Below, piece after piece: positions 62,067 to 64,000 of a stretch of DNA of 64,000 bases. Position 1 is the stretch's first letter; each line of letters opens with the position of its first letter. The position numbers were made by a program, and so were the translations under genes. The DNA lies in contig NW_026262734.1 in assembly GCF_021869535.1 (NCBI RefSeq), forward strand, positions 21,762,001 to 21,826,000. Reading direction: 5' to 3'. This stretch comes from Mytilus californianus. Its lineage: Eukaryota. Below the pieces are notes generated by a model that saw nothing but the letters and a program-made list of their open reading frames with translations, searched no databases and had not been told where the DNA came from.

Positions 62067-62967
62067 CTAAAATAAAAAGAAGTTGTATATATAATTCTTA
62101 AATAACAGATTGAAGTTAAGTGCTGCTGAATTATTCATATCTGTCACTAGGGTCAGTTGTCTTGGTTACATGATAGACCTGAGAACACGGTAATTTCGTA
62201 GTGCATTTCTTTTTGACAATAAATGAAATTTAAAAAATTGCACCTGTGCTTTCTCAATAATATTTTTACAGTGTGGTGTACTACTATTGGAACAAATTAT
62301 ATCAAAATTATAGAAAACTTCATCAGATCTAACTCAAAATATGGAACATTTTATTTTTTGGGGCTTGAATTCTTTTGCCAGCTTCAGACATACTAATTTT
62401 TAAAGGCAGTGCTTTAATGCCTTTCTAGTTGCCGGGTTAATCCTTCCTTCCGCGATATCCAACTTATCTACGTGGGGGGTCATTAGACTCCAAGTAGATC
62501 CGGAAATGTTGAATTCTCTCCTCTTCTTATTGCGATATAAAATGTTTTTTGTTTCATTTCATTTACATTGGGAAATAGAGAAACGATTATTGTGTTTTGT
62601 TAGTTTTAAAAACTTTTGATATATTAGTATTTTGCATTATAAGCAGTCAACCGATTGACAAACTAGAATTATTTGAATTCCGTGTGGAAAGAGCTCGGGT
62701 TAATTTCGAGTGTTATCTGCAATCTAGATGTTTATAAATCATTTCAGTCGTTGATATAATAATTAAAGGTCGACTGAACATGAATTATATTATACAATTT
62801 AAAGCGCATTTCTGTTTATGCACGTGAACCCGTCTAACGTTATTTTCGCAGTTATATAAAGTAGCAAATTATCGTTCCTGAATAGGTGGCGCCGTGGTAG
62901 CGGATCCTGTTCCTCTACTTCCGGTTTCTGCACTGTGCAACTATTTCAGTTATATTTTTAATTAACG

Positions 62968-64000
62968 ATGCCAAGTACTTGTTGTTGTGTACCTGGATGT
63001 CATTTAAGAGGAGGACATGCATTTCCAAATGACTTAAAAAGAAGGAAAACTTGGATCAACGCCATGGCCCATACGCAGATTGGACGAGAACACGATGATA
63101 TCGTGGAGTCCATCTCAATCAGCTGTTGTTTGCAAGGCACGTTTTACTGAAAAAGACTACGTGCAGGAAACTATTCATGGTAAAACTCTATTTCCTTGTG
63201 AAATATATAGTTATATATGTAATCGCCATGCGAATAAACCAAAGTCTGTTTACAACCGCAATTATCGTTTTAGAATAAAAGGGGGTGGGTAATTCAAGAC
63301 GTCATAATTTTTTGGATTACGATTCAATGTGATCTGTTTGAGATTTTTTGGTGATTGCTACAATTATAATGATTTCTTACAAGAGGTATATCATACTGAG
63401 AATTATTTTAGCAGTAATTATGCTAATGTAGTAATGACAGGAATGCATAAGCTATGCCTCATAGACTTTCTTGAAAAATATCAATGACAATGTTAACAGG
63501 AACAAAACAATGACATGCTCTCATCTATATTATAGTTATTTTGGTACAAACAATGTACGTTTGTTGCATAAGTCTCTTATTGTTTGTCCTTTGGATTTAC
63601 ATAACATACATTGAATCAGGCAAACATAGTTTTATCCAGATTGTAATGAATAAATCTAGTTAATATTTCGCCAGGTAGTACAAAGTTTACATTGCTAATG
63701 GAAGTTCATTTAATTATAAAAAAACTAATGCTTTATAACCTTTTTCAGGGCGCAAACCCACCATACAGAGACTTAAGTCTACTGCAATTCCCAGCCTATT
63801 TTCCTGGACCAAGCAAGAGACTGAATCGTCCGCAAAAAGAAAAATCAGGGCAGTTTCCTGTGAAAACAAAAGAACTAAACTTGATGAATATTGTAGTAGA
63901 AATCTAGAGGAAAGTTTTGATTGTAAAGTTGGTTTTCCTGAAGAAGTCATTCATACTGCAGAAAGGATTTATGACTGTCCACCACCAACTGCCGAGCTAA
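62968..64000 (+). pseudogene. THAP-domain gene (probable DNA transposase N-terminus), disrupted; exons 62968-63179 and 63749->end
   Basis: MPSTCCCVPGC...FPND...WINA(IRR)...VVCKARF...G|RKPTIQRLKSTAIPSLFSW; 7-nt insertion at 63064-63070 shifts the frame, and the zinc-ligand His reads Arg (63140-63142). Confidence 0.85.

Overview
AT-rich, intron-rich eukaryotic DNA. The repeat families look like those of a mussel (Mytilus); this is recognition, not a database result. Most entries in the ORF track are spurious. Host genes assembled by hand from splice sites: (1) a 13-coding-exon minus-strand gene (38705->21487, about 749 aa) encoding ANK repeats-ZU5-ZU5-UPA-Death domain, DTHD1/PIDD-like, with a PIDD-type HFS/W autoproteolysis motif; (2) a two-coding-exon BTB-BACK-PHR gene (46926-50574, 440 aa); (3) the last exon of HPD (minus strand), with a broken THAP-domain gene antisense in its last intron. 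The standout is 9.9-14.4 kb. A near-homogeneous 533-bp tandem array carries one minimal type I hammerhead ribozyme per unit (retrozyme-like). It abuts the 3' end of a Penelope-like element (GIY-YIG endonuclease) whose inverted pseudo-LTRs carry a second, U3-A8 variant hammerhead. A 539-bp variant of the same retrozyme sits on the other side. (TA)n tracts mark the junctions between these pieces, suggesting a helper/parasite pair sharing one target site. Also seen: three 20-26 bp palindromes with 6-7 bp target duplications resembling P-element excision footprints, Naiad-type RT relics whose 3' ends explain the abundant dispersed repeats, Helentron-type non-autonomous elements, MITEs, tRNA-SINEs and an 826-bp tandem duplication.
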